From: Escherichia coli O127:H6 str. E2348/69
GTDB lineage: Bacteria; Pseudomonadota; Gammaproteobacteria; Enterobacterales; Enterobacteriaceae
NCBI RefSeq assembly: GCF_000026545.1
Contig: NC_011601.1
DNA length: 64,000 nucleotides
Reading direction: 5' to 3' (one strand)
The notes below the pieces were generated by a model, which saw only the letters and a program-made list of their open reading frames with translations, was not told where the DNA came from and did not search any database. Both the position numbers and the translations under genes were made by a program. Below, piece after piece: positions 1-11,292 of the stretch (the first letter of the stretch is position 1; each line of letters begins with the position of its first letter).

Positions 1-126
1 TTTTTACCCTGAAATTTCATGTTGCAGGGCGGCAGCAAAATGGAGTGTCCCCAGAAGCTTATATCAATAAGTCGCTGGGGGCCTAATTGCAGCTAACGGC
101 CTGCATCATGAAAAACGGCAGGTAAA

Positions 127-558
127 TTATTTGCCGCGCACCAAAGGCAAGTTTTCGCCAGCCCAGCCAGCGACGCCTTCTTTCAGTACGAATACTTGCG
201 CAAAACCAGCTTTCGTCAGCGCGTTTGCAGGCTCCTGGCACTGCATGCCAGAACCATCTACCACGATAACCGGTTTGTCTTTGTGCTTCTCAAGCTCACC
301 AACATTGTTGGCTTTGATTTCGCTCGGCAACAGGTTGATAGAACCTGCGATATGGCCTTTACGGAAGTCATCACGCTGACGTAAATCCACAACCACAGCG
401 TCTTCTTTGTTGATCAGACGCGTAGCTTCACCACGAGTAATCACCTTCACTTTCGAGGTCAGGCTCTTAAACGTAGTCACAAGAACCGCCACCAGTAACG
501 CGATCCAGGCGATACTCAGTATGGGATGACGGCCAACAAATTGCATAATTTCTTGCAT
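127..558 (-). CDS. yibN: Rhodanese-domain inner membrane protein YibN
   Basis: ORF 127..570 trimmed to the internal Met (MQEIMQF...), 143 aa; recognised YibN sequence; synteny upstream of gpmI. Confidence 0.85.
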
Positions 559-802
559 GGGGGGTAACAACTCCCGACGTAGTGATTAAAAAAACCAGGA
601 AAGGAGTATACCTGCGCAGTGCGGCAAATACAGCCAGCGCGTTAACTGGAATGCAATTTTGCGGGGCGCTACGAAAAAAAAGCGTAAATCTGGCATCTGC
701 TTGCCGCGAGCGGTCGTATATTTTGATCTTCAGGGGCTATTTTATCGATTCAGCTGTAGTAAAATTACGCAAATTTTGACTCTTGAGTATGAGGTTGTCG
801 CA

Positions 803-2347
803 ATGTCGGTTTCTAAAAAACCTATGGTACTGGTGATTCTGGATGGCTATGGCTATCGCGAAGAACAGCAGGATAACGCCATTTTTAGTGCTAAAACCCC
901 GGTAATGGATGCACTGTGGGCCAATCGTCCGCATACCCTGATCGACGCTTCCGGTTTGGAAGTCGGTCTGCCTGACCGTCAGATGGGTAACTCCGAAGTA
1001 GGCCACGTTAACCTGGGTGCCGGCCGCATCGTGTATCAGGACCTGACTCGTCTGGACGTTGAAATCAAAGATCGCGCTTTCTTTGCTAATCCGGTGTTGA
1101 CTGGTGCAGTAGATAAAGCGAAAAACGCAGGCAAAGCAGTACACATTATGGGTCTGCTCTCCGCAGGTGGTGTACACAGCCACGAAGATCACATCATGGC
1201 GATGGTAGAACTGGCAGCTGAACGCGGCGCAGAAAAAATCTACCTACACGCATTCCTTGACGGTCGCGACACTCCGCCGCGCAGTGCTGAATCCTCGCTG
1301 AAAAAATTCGAAGAGAAATTTACCGCGCTGGGTAAAGGCCGCGTAGCGTCCATCATTGGTCGTTACTACGCGATGGACCGCGATAACCGTTGGGATCGCG
1401 TTGAAAAAGCTTATGACCTGCTGACTCTGGCGCAAGGTGAGTTCCAGGCCGATACCGCCGTTGCCGGTTTGCAGGCTGCTTATGCTCGCGACGAAAACGA
1501 CGAGTTCGTGAAAGCGACCGTTATTCGTGCAGAAGGTCAGCCAGATGCGGCAATGGAAGACGGCGATGCACTGATTTTCATGAACTTCCGTGCTGACCGC
1601 GCGCGTGAAATCACTCGTGCATTCGTAAATGCCGATTTTGACGGCTTCGCGCGTAAGAAAGTGGTTAACGTCGATTTCGTGATGCTGACCGAATACGCTG
1701 CCGACATCAAAACCGCAGTGGCTTACCCACCCGCTTCCCTGGTTAACACCTTCGGCGAATGGATGGCGAAAAACGACAAAACTCAGCTGCGTATTTCCGA
1801 AACCGAAAAATATGCCCACGTTACTTTCTTCTTCAACGGTGGCGTAGAAGAGTCGTTCAAAGGCGAAGATCGCATTCTGATCAACTCACCGAAAGTGGCT
1901 ACCTACGATCTGCAACCGGAAATGAGCTCCGCAGAGCTGACCGAAAAACTGGTTGCGGCAATCAAGAGCGGCAAATACGACACCATTATTTGTAACTATC
2001 CGAACGGCGACATGGTAGGTCACACCGGAGTGATGGAAGCGGCGGTTAAAGCGGTTGAAGCGCTGGATCACTGCGTGGAAGAAGTCGCGAAAGCGGTTGA
2101 GTCCGTGGGTGGACAACTGCTGATCACCGCTGACCACGGTAACGCTGAACAGATGCGCGATCCGGCAACGGGTCAGGCACACACAGCACACACCAACCTG
2201 CCAGTTCCGCTGATTTACGTTGGTGATAAGAACGTGAAAGCGGTTGAAGGCGGCAAACTTTCTGACATCGCGCCGACCATGTTGTCGCTGATGGGTATGG
2301 AAATCCCGCAAGAGATGACTGGTAAGCCGCTGTTCATCGTGGAATAA
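803..2347 (+). CDS. gpmI: 2,3-bisphosphoglycerate-independent phosphoglycerate mutase
   Basis: ORF 659..2347 trimmed to ATG at 803 ([19 protein letters not shown]...), 514 aa; recognised iPGM sequence. Confidence 0.93.
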   Translation: MSVSKKPMVLVILDGYGYREEQQDNAIFSAKTPVMDALWANRPHTLIDASGLEVGLPDRQMGNSEVGHVNLGAGRIVYQDLTRLDVEIKDRAFFANPVLTGAVDKAKNAGKAVHIMGLLSAGGVHSHEDHIMAMVELAAERGAEKIYLHAFLDGRDTPPRSAESSLKKFEEKFTALGKGRVASIIGRYYAMDRDNRWDRVEKAYDLLTLAQGEFQADTAVAGLQAAYARDENDEFVKATVIRAEGQPDAAMEDGDALIFMNFRADRAREITRAFVNADFDGFARKKVVNVDFVMLTEYAADIKTAVAYPPASLVNTFGEWMAKNDKTQLRISETEKYAHVTFFFNGGVEESFKGEDRILINSPKVATYDLQPEMSSAELTEKLVAAIKSGKYDTIICNYPNGDMVGHTGVMEAAVKAVEALDHCVEEVAKAVESVGGQLLITADHGNAEQMRDPATGQAHTAHTNLPVPLIYVGDKNVKAVEGGKLSDIAPTMLSLMGMEIPQEMTGKPLFIVE

Positions 2348-2380
2348 TCCCTCCCCATGAGGGGAAAGGCGATTAATACC

Positions 2381-3640
2381 ATGACACGGGCCGTGAAACC
2401 GCGCAGGTTTGCAATCAGGCCCATCATCTACGCCAGCGTTCTGAGCGCTGGCGTATTGTTGTGCGCCTTTTCCGCCCACGCGGATGAGCGTGACCAACTC
2501 AAATCCATTCAGGCCGATATCGCCGCGAAAGAGCGCGCGGTACGCCAAAAGCAACAACAACGCGCAAGCCTGCTCGCACAATTGAAAAAGCAGGAAGAAG
2601 CGATCTCTGAAGCCACTCGCAAACTGCGCGAAACGCAAAATACGCTCAATCAACTGAATAAACAGATTGATGAGATGAACGCGTCGATTGCCAAACTGGA
2701 GCAGCAAAAAGCCGCCCAGGAGCGCAGCCTCGCCGCGCAACTGGATGCCGCGTTTCGTCAGGGTGAACATACCGGTATTCAGCTGATTCTCAGCGGTGAA
2801 GAAAGCCAGCGTGGGCAGCGGTTACAGGCTTATTTCGGCTATCTCAACCAGGCGCGACAAGAAACCATTGCTCAGTTGAAACAAACGCGTGAAGAAGTCG
2901 CTATGCAGCGTGCCGAACTGGAAGAGAAACAAAGCGAGCAACAAACGCTTTTATATGAGCAGCGCGCCCAACAGGCGAAGCTGACCCAGGCGTTGAGCGA
3001 GCGTAAAAAGACGCTGGCAGGGCTGGAGTCTTCCATCCAGCAAGGTCAGCAACAGTTGAGCGAGCTGCGCGCCAACGAATCCCGCCTGCGTAACAGCATT
3101 GCCCGTGCGGAAGCTGCGGCGAAAGCGCGTGCTGAACGTGAAGCCCGCGAAGCCCAGGCGGTTCGCGACCGCCAGAAAGAAGCGACGCGCAAAGGCACCA
3201 CCTACAAGCCGACCGAAAGCGAAAAATCGCTGATGTCCCGTACCGGTGGTCTGGGCGCACCGCGCGGTCAGGCATTCTGGCCAGTTCGCGGGCCGACGCT
3301 GCATCGCTATGGCGAACAGCTACAGGGTGAATTACGCTGGAAAGGGATGGTGATTGGTGCCTCTGAAGGTACTGAAGTTAAAGCGATTGCCGACGGCCGG
3401 GTGATTCTGGCTGACTGGCTGCAAGGCTACGGTCTGGTGGTGGTGGTTGAGCATGGTAAAGGCGACATGAGTCTTTACGGCTATAATCAGAGCGCACTGG
3501 TGAGCGTTGGTTCGCAGGTTCGCGCGGGCCAGCCAATTGCACTGGTGGGCAGCAGTGGCGGTCAGGGTCGGCCTTCACTCTATTTCGAAATTCGCCGCCA
3601 GGGTCAGGCGGTCAATCCACAGCCGTGGTTGGGAAGATAA
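2381..3640 (+). CDS. envC: Murein hydrolase activator EnvC (coiled-coil plus LytM domain)
   Basis: ORF 2357..3640; signal peptide, long Q/A/E-rich coiled coil, C-terminal LytM-like domain; start trimmed to MTRAVKPRRF. Confidence 0.88.
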   Translation: MTRAVKPRRFAIRPIIYASVLSAGVLLCAFSAHADERDQLKSIQADIAAKERAVRQKQQQRASLLAQLKKQEEAISEATRKLRETQNTLNQLNKQIDEMNASIAKLEQQKAAQERSLAAQLDAAFRQGEHTGIQLILSGEESQRGQRLQAYFGYLNQARQETIAQLKQTREEVAMQRAELEEKQSEQQTLLYEQRAQQAKLTQALSERKKTLAGLESSIQQGQQQLSELRANESRLRNSIARAEAAAKARAEREAREAQAVRDRQKEATRKGTTYKPTESEKSLMSRTGGLGAPRGQAFWPVRGPTLHRYGEQLQGELRWKGMVIGASEGTEVKAIADGRVILADWLQGYGLVVVVEHGKGDMSLYGYNQSALVSVGSQVRAGQPIALVGSSGGQGRPSLYFEIRRQGQAVNPQPWLGR

Positions 3641-3643
3641 GTT

Positions 3644-4603
3644 TTGTTTCCATTTCGTCGTAACGTTCTTGCATTTGCCGCTCTGTTGGCGCTCTCCTCC
3701 CCCGTAATTGCTGGCAAACTTGCCATCGTCATTGATGATTTTGGGTATCGCCCGCACAACGAAAACCAGGTGCTGGCGATGCCTTCCGCTATCTCCGTTG
3801 CGGTATTACCCGATTCACCACACGCCAGAGAGATGGCGACCAAAGCACATAACAGCGGTCACGAAGTGTTGATTCATCTACCGATGGCACCACTGAGTAA
3901 ACAGCCGCTGGAGAAAAATACGCTACGCCCGGAGATGAGCAGCGACGAAATTGAGCGCATTATTCGTAGTGCGGTCAATAACGTGCCCTATGCCGTGGGG
4001 ATCAATAACCACATGGGCAGCAAGATGACCTCTAACCTGTTTGGTATGCAGAAAGTGATGCAGGCGCTGGAGCGTTACAATCTTTACTTCCTCGACAGCG
4101 TAACCATCGGTAATACCCAGGCGATGCGCGCCGCGCAAGGCACTGGCGTGAAGGTGATCAAACGGAAGGTGTTCCTCGACGATTCGCAGAACGAAGCGGA
4201 CATCCGTGTGCAATTTAATCGCGCAATTGATCTGGCGCGTCGCAACGGTTCAACCATTGCCATTGGGCATCCTCACCCTTCAACGGTACGCGTGCTACAA
4301 CAGATGGTTTATAACCTGCCGCCAGACATTACGCTGGTGAAAGCCAGCAGCTTGTTGAATGAACCGCAGGTTGATACGTCTACACCGCCGAAAAACACTG
4401 TGCCCGACACACCGCGTAATCCATTCCGTGGCGTGAAGCTGTGCAAACCGAAGAAGCCGCTGGAACCTGTTTATGCTAATCGCTTCTTTGAAGTATTAAG
4501 CGAAAGCATCAGCCAGAGCACGCTGATCGTTTACTTCCAGCATCAGTGGCAAGGCTGGGGCAAACAGCCCGAAGCGGCAAAACTTAACGCTAGCGCAAAT
4601 TAA
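3644..4603 (+). CDS. yibQ: Divergent polysaccharide deacetylase family protein YibQ
   Basis: 319-aa ORF directly downstream of envC with signal peptide; synteny. Confidence 0.82.
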   Translation: MFPFRRNVLAFAALLALSSPVIAGKLAIVIDDFGYRPHNENQVLAMPSAISVAVLPDSPHAREMATKAHNSGHEVLIHLPMAPLSKQPLEKNTLRPEMSSDEIERIIRSAVNNVPYAVGINNHMGSKMTSNLFGMQKVMQALERYNLYFLDSVTIGNTQAMRAAQGTGVKVIKRKVFLDDSQNEADIRVQFNRAIDLARRNGSTIAIGHPHPSTVRVLQQMVYNLPPDITLVKASSLLNEPQVDTSTPPKNTVPDTPRNPFRGVKLCKPKKPLEPVYANRFFEVLSESISQSTLIVYFQHQWQGWGKQPEAAKLNASAN

Positions 4604-5624
4604 AGGCGCTACGCGTAATGCGATGGTGCGACCGCGTTTTGTCGCGCCATTGCCATAAGCGGAAAGACCACAGTAACGCCTGGTAACCCACCTTCACGCT
4701 GCGCACATTAGTAATCAGGCGCTTATACATACCGGAAGTAAATATCTCAGCAATCATCCGTTGGCGGGTAATAATATCCGGCTCTTTGCGCACCGCATGG
4801 CAAACACGCAATGCTTCGTAAGTTATTTGCTGATGAAATTCCGGATAAATCGTAATTTTGTCGGCATAATTTCGATTTAATTTCTCCAGCAGGCGGGTAA
4901 TCTTAATATAGTGACGTTGATAATTAAGGTTTTTATTCCCTTGTCTATGCAACCGACTCACTGACGTATTATGCAGATAATATTTATATAATGATTGCTC
5001 GGTATATCGCGCACGCAGCGCGTTAAACATAAATTCTGTTGTCCAGACAATATCCTGATGATGTAATCCGGCAATAAATTTAATGTTATTTTTAACAATA
5101 ACATCGCGGCGATAAACCCCCATCCAGACCACGTGTGTCCAACGGCGGGAAGAAAGCCCCATCCGCAGCCAGTCCGGACCGGTTAATACACCGGTTGAGC
5201 GAAGGCGATCGGTAGGGATGGATTGCCAGGTTTCACCCGTTTCACGAAAACACCAATCAGCGTTGCACTGCGCCACGTCGAGGTCGTCCTCTAACGCCAT
5301 GGTCATCAGCGTTTCGTACATGGTGGGATAGACCTCATCGTCAGCATCGACAAAAGCGACATATTTTCCCGTTGCTACTTCAATCCCACGATTACGCGCC
5401 ACCGATGCGCCAGCATTCGCCTGATGCAACAAACGAACGTGCGGATAGTTTTCTGCGTAATGCTTTGCTATTTCAACAGAATTATCCGTTGAACCATCGT
5501 TAATAATAATGATTTCCAGAGCAGTCCATGTTTGCGTAATTAAAGATTCCATACAAGTGCGGAAATCATCGCCCGCATTATATAACGGAATAATAACACT
5601 AAGTTTATTGGTGCTGTTCATCAT
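4590..5624 (-). CDS. waaH: Family 2 glycosyltransferase WaaH (YibD)
   Basis: 344-aa ORF; N-terminal GT2 signature (LSVIIPLYNAGDDF ... FVDADDEV); synteny. Confidence 0.85.
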   Translation of the reverse strand: MMNSTNKLSVIIPLYNAGDDFRTCMESLITQTWTALEIIIINDGSTDNSVEIAKHYAENYPHVRLLHQANAGASVARNRGIEVATGKYVAFVDADDEVYPTMYETLMTMALEDDLDVAQCNADWCFRETGETWQSIPTDRLRSTGVLTGPDWLRMGLSSRRWTHVVWMGVYRRDVIVKNNIKFIAGLHHQDIVWTTEFMFNALRARYTEQSLYKYYLHNTSVSRLHRQGNKNLNYQRHYIKITRLLEKLNRNYADKITIYPEFHQQITYEALRVCHAVRKEPDIITRQRMIAEIFTSGMYKRLITNVRSVKVGYQALLWSFRLWQWRDKTRSHHRITRSAFNLR

Positions 5625-5831
5625 AAATTACCGACGACCTCTGAAGTTATCCTGACGTTTTACAGGCTTTGTATTAAGAAACTATTAAGCCTGTGAGATA
5701 TTATTTTTACCGGTGAGAGAGTCACTTCAGGGTAGAGAGATAATGAGAGCAGCTATATAAGAGATCAGCGCAATTACGAACTCTTGATTACACTGACAGG
5801 ATTTTACATATTTAACGGATTATCCTCAGGC

Positions 5832-5853
5832 AAAAGGGCTGGAATACCAGCCC
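5832..5853 (-). terminator. Putative intrinsic terminator downstream of tdh
   Basis: Hairpin GGGCTGG-AATA-CCAGCCC 10 nt past the tdh stop, with an A-run on the plus strand giving a U-tract on the minus-strand transcript. Confidence 0.5.
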
Positions 5854-5862
5854 TTGTTCGTG

Positions 5863-6888
5863 TTAATCCCAGCTCAGAATAACTTTCCCGGACTGGCCCG
5901 AACGCATAGCGTCAAAGCCCTTCTGGAAATCATCGATAGAGAAACGATGGGTAATGATCGGCGAGAGATCGAGGCCAGACTGAATCAGCGCCGCCATCTT
6001 GTACCAGGTTTCAAACATCTCACGACCGTAAATACCTTTAATGAACAAGCCTTTAAAGATTACTTTGGTCCAGTCGATAGACATATCGGACGGTGGAATA
6101 CCCAGCATCGCAATACGACCACCGTGGTTCATGGTGTCGAGCATGGTACGAAACGCTGGCGGCGCACCGGACATTTCCAGACCGACATCAAAGCCTTCGG
6201 TCATGCCCAGTTCTGTCATCACATCATTAAGGTTTTCTTTAGCGACGTTAACCGCACGGGTGATACCCATTTTGCGTGCCAGCTCAAGGCGGTATTCGTT
6301 AACATCAGTGATCACCACATTGCGTGCACCAACGTGTTTCGCCACCGCCGCAGCCATAATACCTATCGGACCTGCACCAGAGACCAGCACATCCTCGCCA
6401 ACCAGATCGAACGACAGCGCGGTATGCACAGCGTTACCGAAGGGATCAAAAATGGAAGCCAGGTCGTCGGAGATATTGTCCGGGATTTTGAAGGCGTTGA
6501 ACGCCGGAATCACCAGATACTCGGCAAAGCAGCCCGGACGGTTAACACCGACGCCGATCGTGTTGCGGCACAGATGGGTACGACCGCCACGACAGTTGCG
6601 ACAGTGACCGCAGGTGATATGGCCTTCGCCAGAAACGCGATCGCCAATCTTGAAGCCTTTCACTTCCTGACCAATACCTACCACTTCACCGACATATTCA
6701 TGGCCCACGACCATCGGCACCGGGATGGTTTTTTGCGACCACTCATCCCAGTTATAGATGTGAACGTCAGTCCCGCAGATGGCTGTTTTACGGATTTTAA
6801 TCAGCAGATCGTTATGCCCGAGTTCCGGTACAGGAACGTCAGTCATCCAGATGCCCTCTTCCGCTTTCAGTTTGGATAACGCTTTCAT
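5863..6888 (-). CDS. tdh: L-threonine 3-dehydrogenase
   Basis: 341-aa ORF; zinc-dependent alcohol dehydrogenase family motifs ([13 protein letters not shown]); recognised Tdh sequence. Confidence 0.95.
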   Translation of the reverse strand: MKALSKLKAEEGIWMTDVPVPELGHNDLLIKIRKTAICGTDVHIYNWDEWSQKTIPVPMVVGHEYVGEVVGIGQEVKGFKIGDRVSGEGHITCGHCRNCRGGRTHLCRNTIGVGVNRPGCFAEYLVIPAFNAFKIPDNISDDLASIFDPFGNAVHTALSFDLVGEDVLVSGAGPIGIMAAAVAKHVGARNVVITDVNEYRLELARKMGITRAVNVAKENLNDVMTELGMTEGFDVGLEMSGAPPAFRTMLDTMNHGGRIAMLGIPPSDMSIDWTKVIFKGLFIKGIYGREMFETWYKMAALIQSGLDLSPIITHRFSIDDFQKGFDAMRSGQSGKVILSWD

Positions 6889-6897
6889 CTCACACCC

Positions 6898-8094
6898 TCA
6901 GGCGATAACGCCCAGTTGTTTACCAATACGCGTGAATGCTTCTACTGCACGCGTAATTTGCTCAGGGGTATGCGCCGCAGACATCTGGGTACGAATACGC
7001 GCCTGACCTTTAGGAACGACCGGATAGAAGAAACCGGTGACGTAAATGCCCTCTTTTTGCAGCTCACGGGCAAATTTCTGCGCCACTACCGCATCGCCAA
7101 GCATGACGGGAATAATGGCGTGATCGGCTCCCGCCAGGGTAAAGCCCGCCGCCGACATTTGCTCACGGAACTGACGCGCGTTCGCCCACAGACGGTCACG
7201 CAGCTCGCTACCCGCTTCAACCATCTCCAGCACTTTGATGGACGCGGCGACAATCGCCGGTGCCAACGAGTTGGAGAACAGGTACGGACGAGAACGCTGG
7301 CGCAGCCACTCAACCACTTCTTTGCGCGCCGCCGTGTAGCCGCCAGAAGCGCCACCCAGCGCTTTACCGAGCGTGCCGGTGATAATATCGACCCGGCCCA
7401 TCACATCGCAGTATTCATGGGAACCACGACCGTTTTCACCGACAAAACCGACCGCGTGGGAGTCGTCTACCATCACCAGGGCATCGTATTTATCTGCGAG
7501 ATCGCAAACACCTTTCAGGTTGGCAATCACGCCGTCCATCGAGAACACACCATCGGTGGCAATCAGCACATGACGCGCACCGGCTTCACGCGCTTCTTTC
7601 AGACGTGCTTCCAGCTCCTGCATATCGTTGTTGGCATAACGATAGCGTTTAGCTTTGCACAGACGCACACCATCAATAATAGACGCGTGGTTCAGTGCGT
7701 CGGAGATAATGGCGTCTTCCGCGCCTAACAGCGTTTCGAACAGGCCACCGTTAGCATCAAAGCAGGAAGAGTAGAGAATGGCATCTTCCATCCCCAGGAA
7801 GGCCGCCAGTTTTTGTTCAAGCTCTTTATGGCTGTCCTGAGTGCCGCAAATAAAACGCACCGAAGCCATGCCGAAACCGTGAGAATCCATTCCCGCCTTT
7901 GCCGCCGCAATCAGATCCGGATGATTCGCCAGTCCGAGATAGTTGTTGGCACAAAAGTTAATGACGTGGCTTCCATCAGCCACAGTGATATCTGCTTGCT
8001 GCGCAGACGTAATAATGCGCTCTTCTTTAAACAACCCTTCCGCCCGTGCGGTTTCCAGATCGTTGGTTAACTGCTGATAAAATTCTCCACGCAT
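6898..8094 (-). CDS. kbl: 2-amino-3-ketobutyrate CoA ligase (glycine C-acetyltransferase)
   Basis: 398-aa ORF 9 bp upstream of tdh in the same orientation; PLP-dependent aminotransferase class II pattern; recognised Kbl. Confidence 0.95.
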   Translation of the reverse strand: MRGEFYQQLTNDLETARAEGLFKEERIITSAQQADITVADGSHVINFCANNYLGLANHPDLIAAAKAGMDSHGFGMASVRFICGTQDSHKELEQKLAAFLGMEDAILYSSCFDANGGLFETLLGAEDAIISDALNHASIIDGVRLCKAKRYRYANNDMQELEARLKEAREAGARHVLIATDGVFSMDGVIANLKGVCDLADKYDALVMVDDSHAVGFVGENGRGSHEYCDVMGRVDIITGTLGKALGGASGGYTAARKEVVEWLRQRSRPYLFSNSLAPAIVAASIKVLEMVEAGSELRDRLWANARQFREQMSAAGFTLAGADHAIIPVMLGDAVVAQKFARELQKEGIYVTGFFYPVVPKGQARIRTQMSAAHTPEQITRAVEAFTRIGKQLGVIA

Positions 8095-8307
8095 TGCGAT
8101 TCTCCAGACAGGGCAAATTCCAGCACATATTACCCAAACTTATAGGTCGCGACGAGATGACGCGTTAACACTTCTGCAAAATTCAGGATAAATAACGTCC
8201 AGCCCCCTCACTTTTGGTGAATGGCTGAAGCCAACGTCATGTAGTGATATGATAGAAGTATTCGTGTCTGAGATTGTCTCTGACTCCATAATTCGAAGGT
8301 TACAGTT

Positions 8308-9240
8308 ATGATCATCGTTACCGGCGGCGCGGGCTTTATCGGCAGCAACATCGTTAAGGCCCTGAATGATAAAGGCATCACCGATATTCTGGTGGTGGAC
8401 AACCTGAAAGACGGCACCAAGTTTGTGAACCTGGTGGATCTGAATATCGCGGACTATATGGATAAGGAAGACTTCCTGATCCAGATTATGGCTGGCGAAG
8501 AGTTCGGCGATGTCGAAGCGATTTTCCACGAAGGCGCATGCTCTTCCACCACCGAGTGGGATGGCAAGTATATGATGGATAACAACTATCAATACTCCAA
8601 AGAGCTGCTGCACTACTGCCTGGAGCGCGAAATCCCGTTCCTGTATGCATCTTCCGCAGCCACTTACGGCGGACGCACCTCCGACTTTATTGAATCCCGT
8701 GAATACGAAAAACCGCTGAACGTCTACGGTTATTCGAAGTTCCTGTTTGATGAATATGTTCGCCAAATCCTGCCAGAAGCAAACTCACAGATTGTTGGCT
8801 TCCGCTATTTCAACGTTTATGGGCCGCGTGAAGGCCATAAAGGCAGCATGGCGAGCGTCGCTTTCCATCTCAACACCCAGCTTAATAACGGTGAATCACC
8901 GAAGCTGTTCGAAGGTAGCGAGAACTTTAAACGCGACTTCGTCTATGTGGGCGACGTGGCAGATGTAAACCTGTGGTTCCTGGAAAATGGCGTTTCCGGC
9001 ATCTTCAACCTCGGTACTGGTCGTGCGGAATCCTTCCAGGCTGTAGCAGATGCTACGCTTGCTTATCACAAGAAAGGCCAAATCGAATACATTCCGTTCC
9101 CGGATAAACTGAAAGGCCGCTACCAGGCATTCACGCAGGCAGATCTGACGAATCTGCGCGCGGCGGGTTACGATAAACCGTTCAAAACCGTTGCCGAAGG
9201 TGTAACGGAATACATGGCTTGGCTGAATCGTGACGCATAA
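8308..9240 (+). CDS. hldD: ADP-L-glycero-D-manno-heptose 6-epimerase
   Basis: 310-aa ORF; N-terminal Rossmann GGAGFIGS; recognised HldD/RfaD sequence. Confidence 0.95.
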
Positions 9241-9249
9241 GAGCTCTGC

Positions 9250-10296
9250 ATGAAAATACTGGTGATCGGCCCGTCTTGGGTTGGCGACATGATGATGTCG
9301 CAAAGTCTCTATCGCACGCTCCAGGCGCGCTATCCCCAGGCGATAATCGACGTGATGGCACCGGCCTGGTGCCGTCCGTTATTATCGCGGATGCCGGAAG
9401 TTAACGAAGCCATCCCTATGCCCCTCGGTCACGGGGCGCTGGAAATCGGCGAACGCCGCAAGCTGGGTCATAGTCTGCGCGAAAAACGCTACGACCGTGC
9501 CTACGTCTTACCCAACTCCTTCAAATCCGCGTTAGTGCCTTTCTTCGCGGGGATCCCTCATCGCACCGGCTGGCGCGGTGAAATGCGCTACGGTTTACTC
9601 AACGATGTGCGCGTGCTCGATAAAGAAGCCTGGCCGCTAATGGTGGAACGCTATGTTGCGCTGGCCTATGACAAAGGCGTAATGCGTACCGCACAAGATC
9701 TACCAAAACCGCTGTTATGGCCGCAGTTGCAGGTGAGCGAAGGTGAAAAATCATATACCTGTAATCAATTTTCGCTTTCATCAGAACGTCCGATGATTGG
9801 TTTTTGCCCGGGGGCGGAGTTTGGTCCGGCAAAACGCTGGCCACACTACCACTATGCTGAGCTGGCAAAGCAGCTGATTGATGAAGGTTATCAGGTGGTT
9901 CTGTTTGGCTCGGCGAAAGATCATGAAGCGGGCAATGAGATTCTTGCCGCTTTGAATACCGAGCAGCAGGCATGGTGCCGGAACCTGGCGGGGGAAACAC
10001 AGCTTGATCAAGCAGTTATCCTGATTGCAGCCTGTAAAGCCATTGTCACTAACGATTCTGGCCTGATGCACGTTGCGGCGGCGCTCAATCGTCCGCTGGT
10101 TGCCCTGTATGGTCCGAGTAGCCCGGACTTCACACCGCCGCTATCCCATAAAGCGCGTGTGATCCGCCTGATTACCGGCTATCACAAAGTGCGTAAAGGT
10201 GACGCTGCGGAGGGTTATCACCAGAGCTTGATCGACATTACTCCCCAGCGCGTACTGGAAGAACTCAACGCGCTATTGTTACAAGAGGAAGCCTGA
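9250..10296 (+). CDS. waaF: LPS heptosyltransferase II
   Basis: 348-aa ORF; GT9 heptosyltransferase; recognised WaaF. Confidence 0.95.
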   Translation: MKILVIGPSWVGDMMMSQSLYRTLQARYPQAIIDVMAPAWCRPLLSRMPEVNEAIPMPLGHGALEIGERRKLGHSLREKRYDRAYVLPNSFKSALVPFFAGIPHRTGWRGEMRYGLLNDVRVLDKEAWPLMVERYVALAYDKGVMRTAQDLPKPLLWPQLQVSEGEKSYTCNQFSLSSERPMIGFCPGAEFGPAKRWPHYHYAELAKQLIDEGYQVVLFGSAKDHEAGNEILAALNTEQQAWCRNLAGETQLDQAVILIAACKAIVTNDSGLMHVAAALNRPLVALYGPSSPDFTPPLSHKARVIRLITGYHKVRKGDAAEGYHQSLIDITPQRVLEELNALLLQEEA

Positions 10297-10299
10297 CGG

Positions 10300-11259
10300 A
10301 TGCGGGTTTTGATCGTTAAAACATCGTCGATGGGCGATGTTCTCCATACGTTGCCCGCACTCACTGATGCCCAGCAGGCAATCCCGGGGATTAAGTTTGA
10401 CTGGGTGGTGGAAGAAGGGTTCGCACAGATTCCTTCCTGGCACGCCGCCGTTGAGCGAGTTATTCCTGTGGCAATACGTCGCTGGCGTAAAGCCTGGTTC
10501 TCGGCCCCCATAAAAGCTGAACGGAAAGCGTTTCGTGAAGCGCTACAAGCAGAGAACTATGACGCAATTATCGACGCTCAGGGGCTGGTAAAAAGCGCGG
10601 CGCTGGTGACGCGTCTGGCGCATGGCGTAAAGCATGGAATGGACTGGCAAACCGCTCGCGAACCTTTAGCCAGCCTGTTTTACAATCGTAAGCATCATAT
10701 TGCAAAACAGCAGCACGCCGTAGAACGCACCCGCGAACTGTTTGCCAAAAGTCTGGGCTATAGCAAACCGCAAACCCAGGGCGATTATGCTATCGCACAG
10801 CATTTCCTGACGAACCTGCCTACAGATGCTGGCGAATATGCCGTATTTCTTCATGCAACAACCCGAGATGATAAACACTGGCCGGAAGAACACTGGCGAG
10901 AATTGATTGGTTTACTGGCTGATTCAGGAATACGGATTAAACTTCCGTGGGGCGCGCCGCATGAGGAAGAACGGGCGAAACGACTGGCGGAAGGATTTGC
11001 TTATGTTGAAGTATTGCCGAAGATGAGTCTGGAAGGCGTTGCCCGCGTACTGGCCGGGGCTAAATTTGTAGTGTCGGTGGATACGGGGTTAAGCCATTTA
11101 ACGGCGGCACTGGATAGACCCAATATCACGGTTTATGGACCTACCGATCCGGGATTAATTGGTGGGTATGGGAAGAATCAGATGGTTTGTAGGGCTCCGG
11201 ATAAAGATCTTGCTCATCTGGCTGCAGAAACAGTATTTAAAAAAATCAATCCTGATTAA
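10300..11259 (+). CDS. waaC: LPS heptosyltransferase I
   Basis: 319-aa ORF; GT9; recognised WaaC. Confidence 0.95.
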   Translation: MRVLIVKTSSMGDVLHTLPALTDAQQAIPGIKFDWVVEEGFAQIPSWHAAVERVIPVAIRRWRKAWFSAPIKAERKAFREALQAENYDAIIDAQGLVKSAALVTRLAHGVKHGMDWQTAREPLASLFYNRKHHIAKQQHAVERTRELFAKSLGYSKPQTQGDYAIAQHFLTNLPTDAGEYAVFLHATTRDDKHWPEEHWRELIGLLADSGIRIKLPWGAPHEEERAKRLAEGFAYVEVLPKMSLEGVARVLAGAKFVVSVDTGLSHLTAALDRPNITVYGPTDPGLIGGYGKNQMVCRAPDKDLAHLAAETVFKKINPD

Positions 11260-11292
11260 CACGTTCTATATTATTAAGATGGTGGAGAAGCA

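Noticed and set aside
659-802. N-terminal extensions of ORF-track starts (gpmI 659, coaD 24027, dfp 27029, slmA 28822, recG 52139, gmk 48333 and others)
   Set aside because: The extended starts add non-conserved leader residues; internal ATGs reproduce the recognised N-termini, so coordinates were trimmed.
1886-2770. 294-aa minus-strand ORF
   Set aside because: Antisense to the gpmI 3' end and envC 5' end; low-complexity translation; shadow ORF.
5854-6879. 341-aa plus-strand ORF
   Set aside because: Exactly antisense to tdh, which has a clear recognised protein sequence; shadow ORF with no independent support.
6916-7728. 270-aa plus-strand ORF
   Set aside because: Antisense to kbl; shadow ORF.
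8140-8766. 208-aa minus-strand ORF that could be mistaken for htrL (yibB) between kbl and hldD
   Set aside because: It lies almost entirely antisense inside hldD, and the true kbl-hldD intergenic space is only ~213 bp; htrL is absent here.
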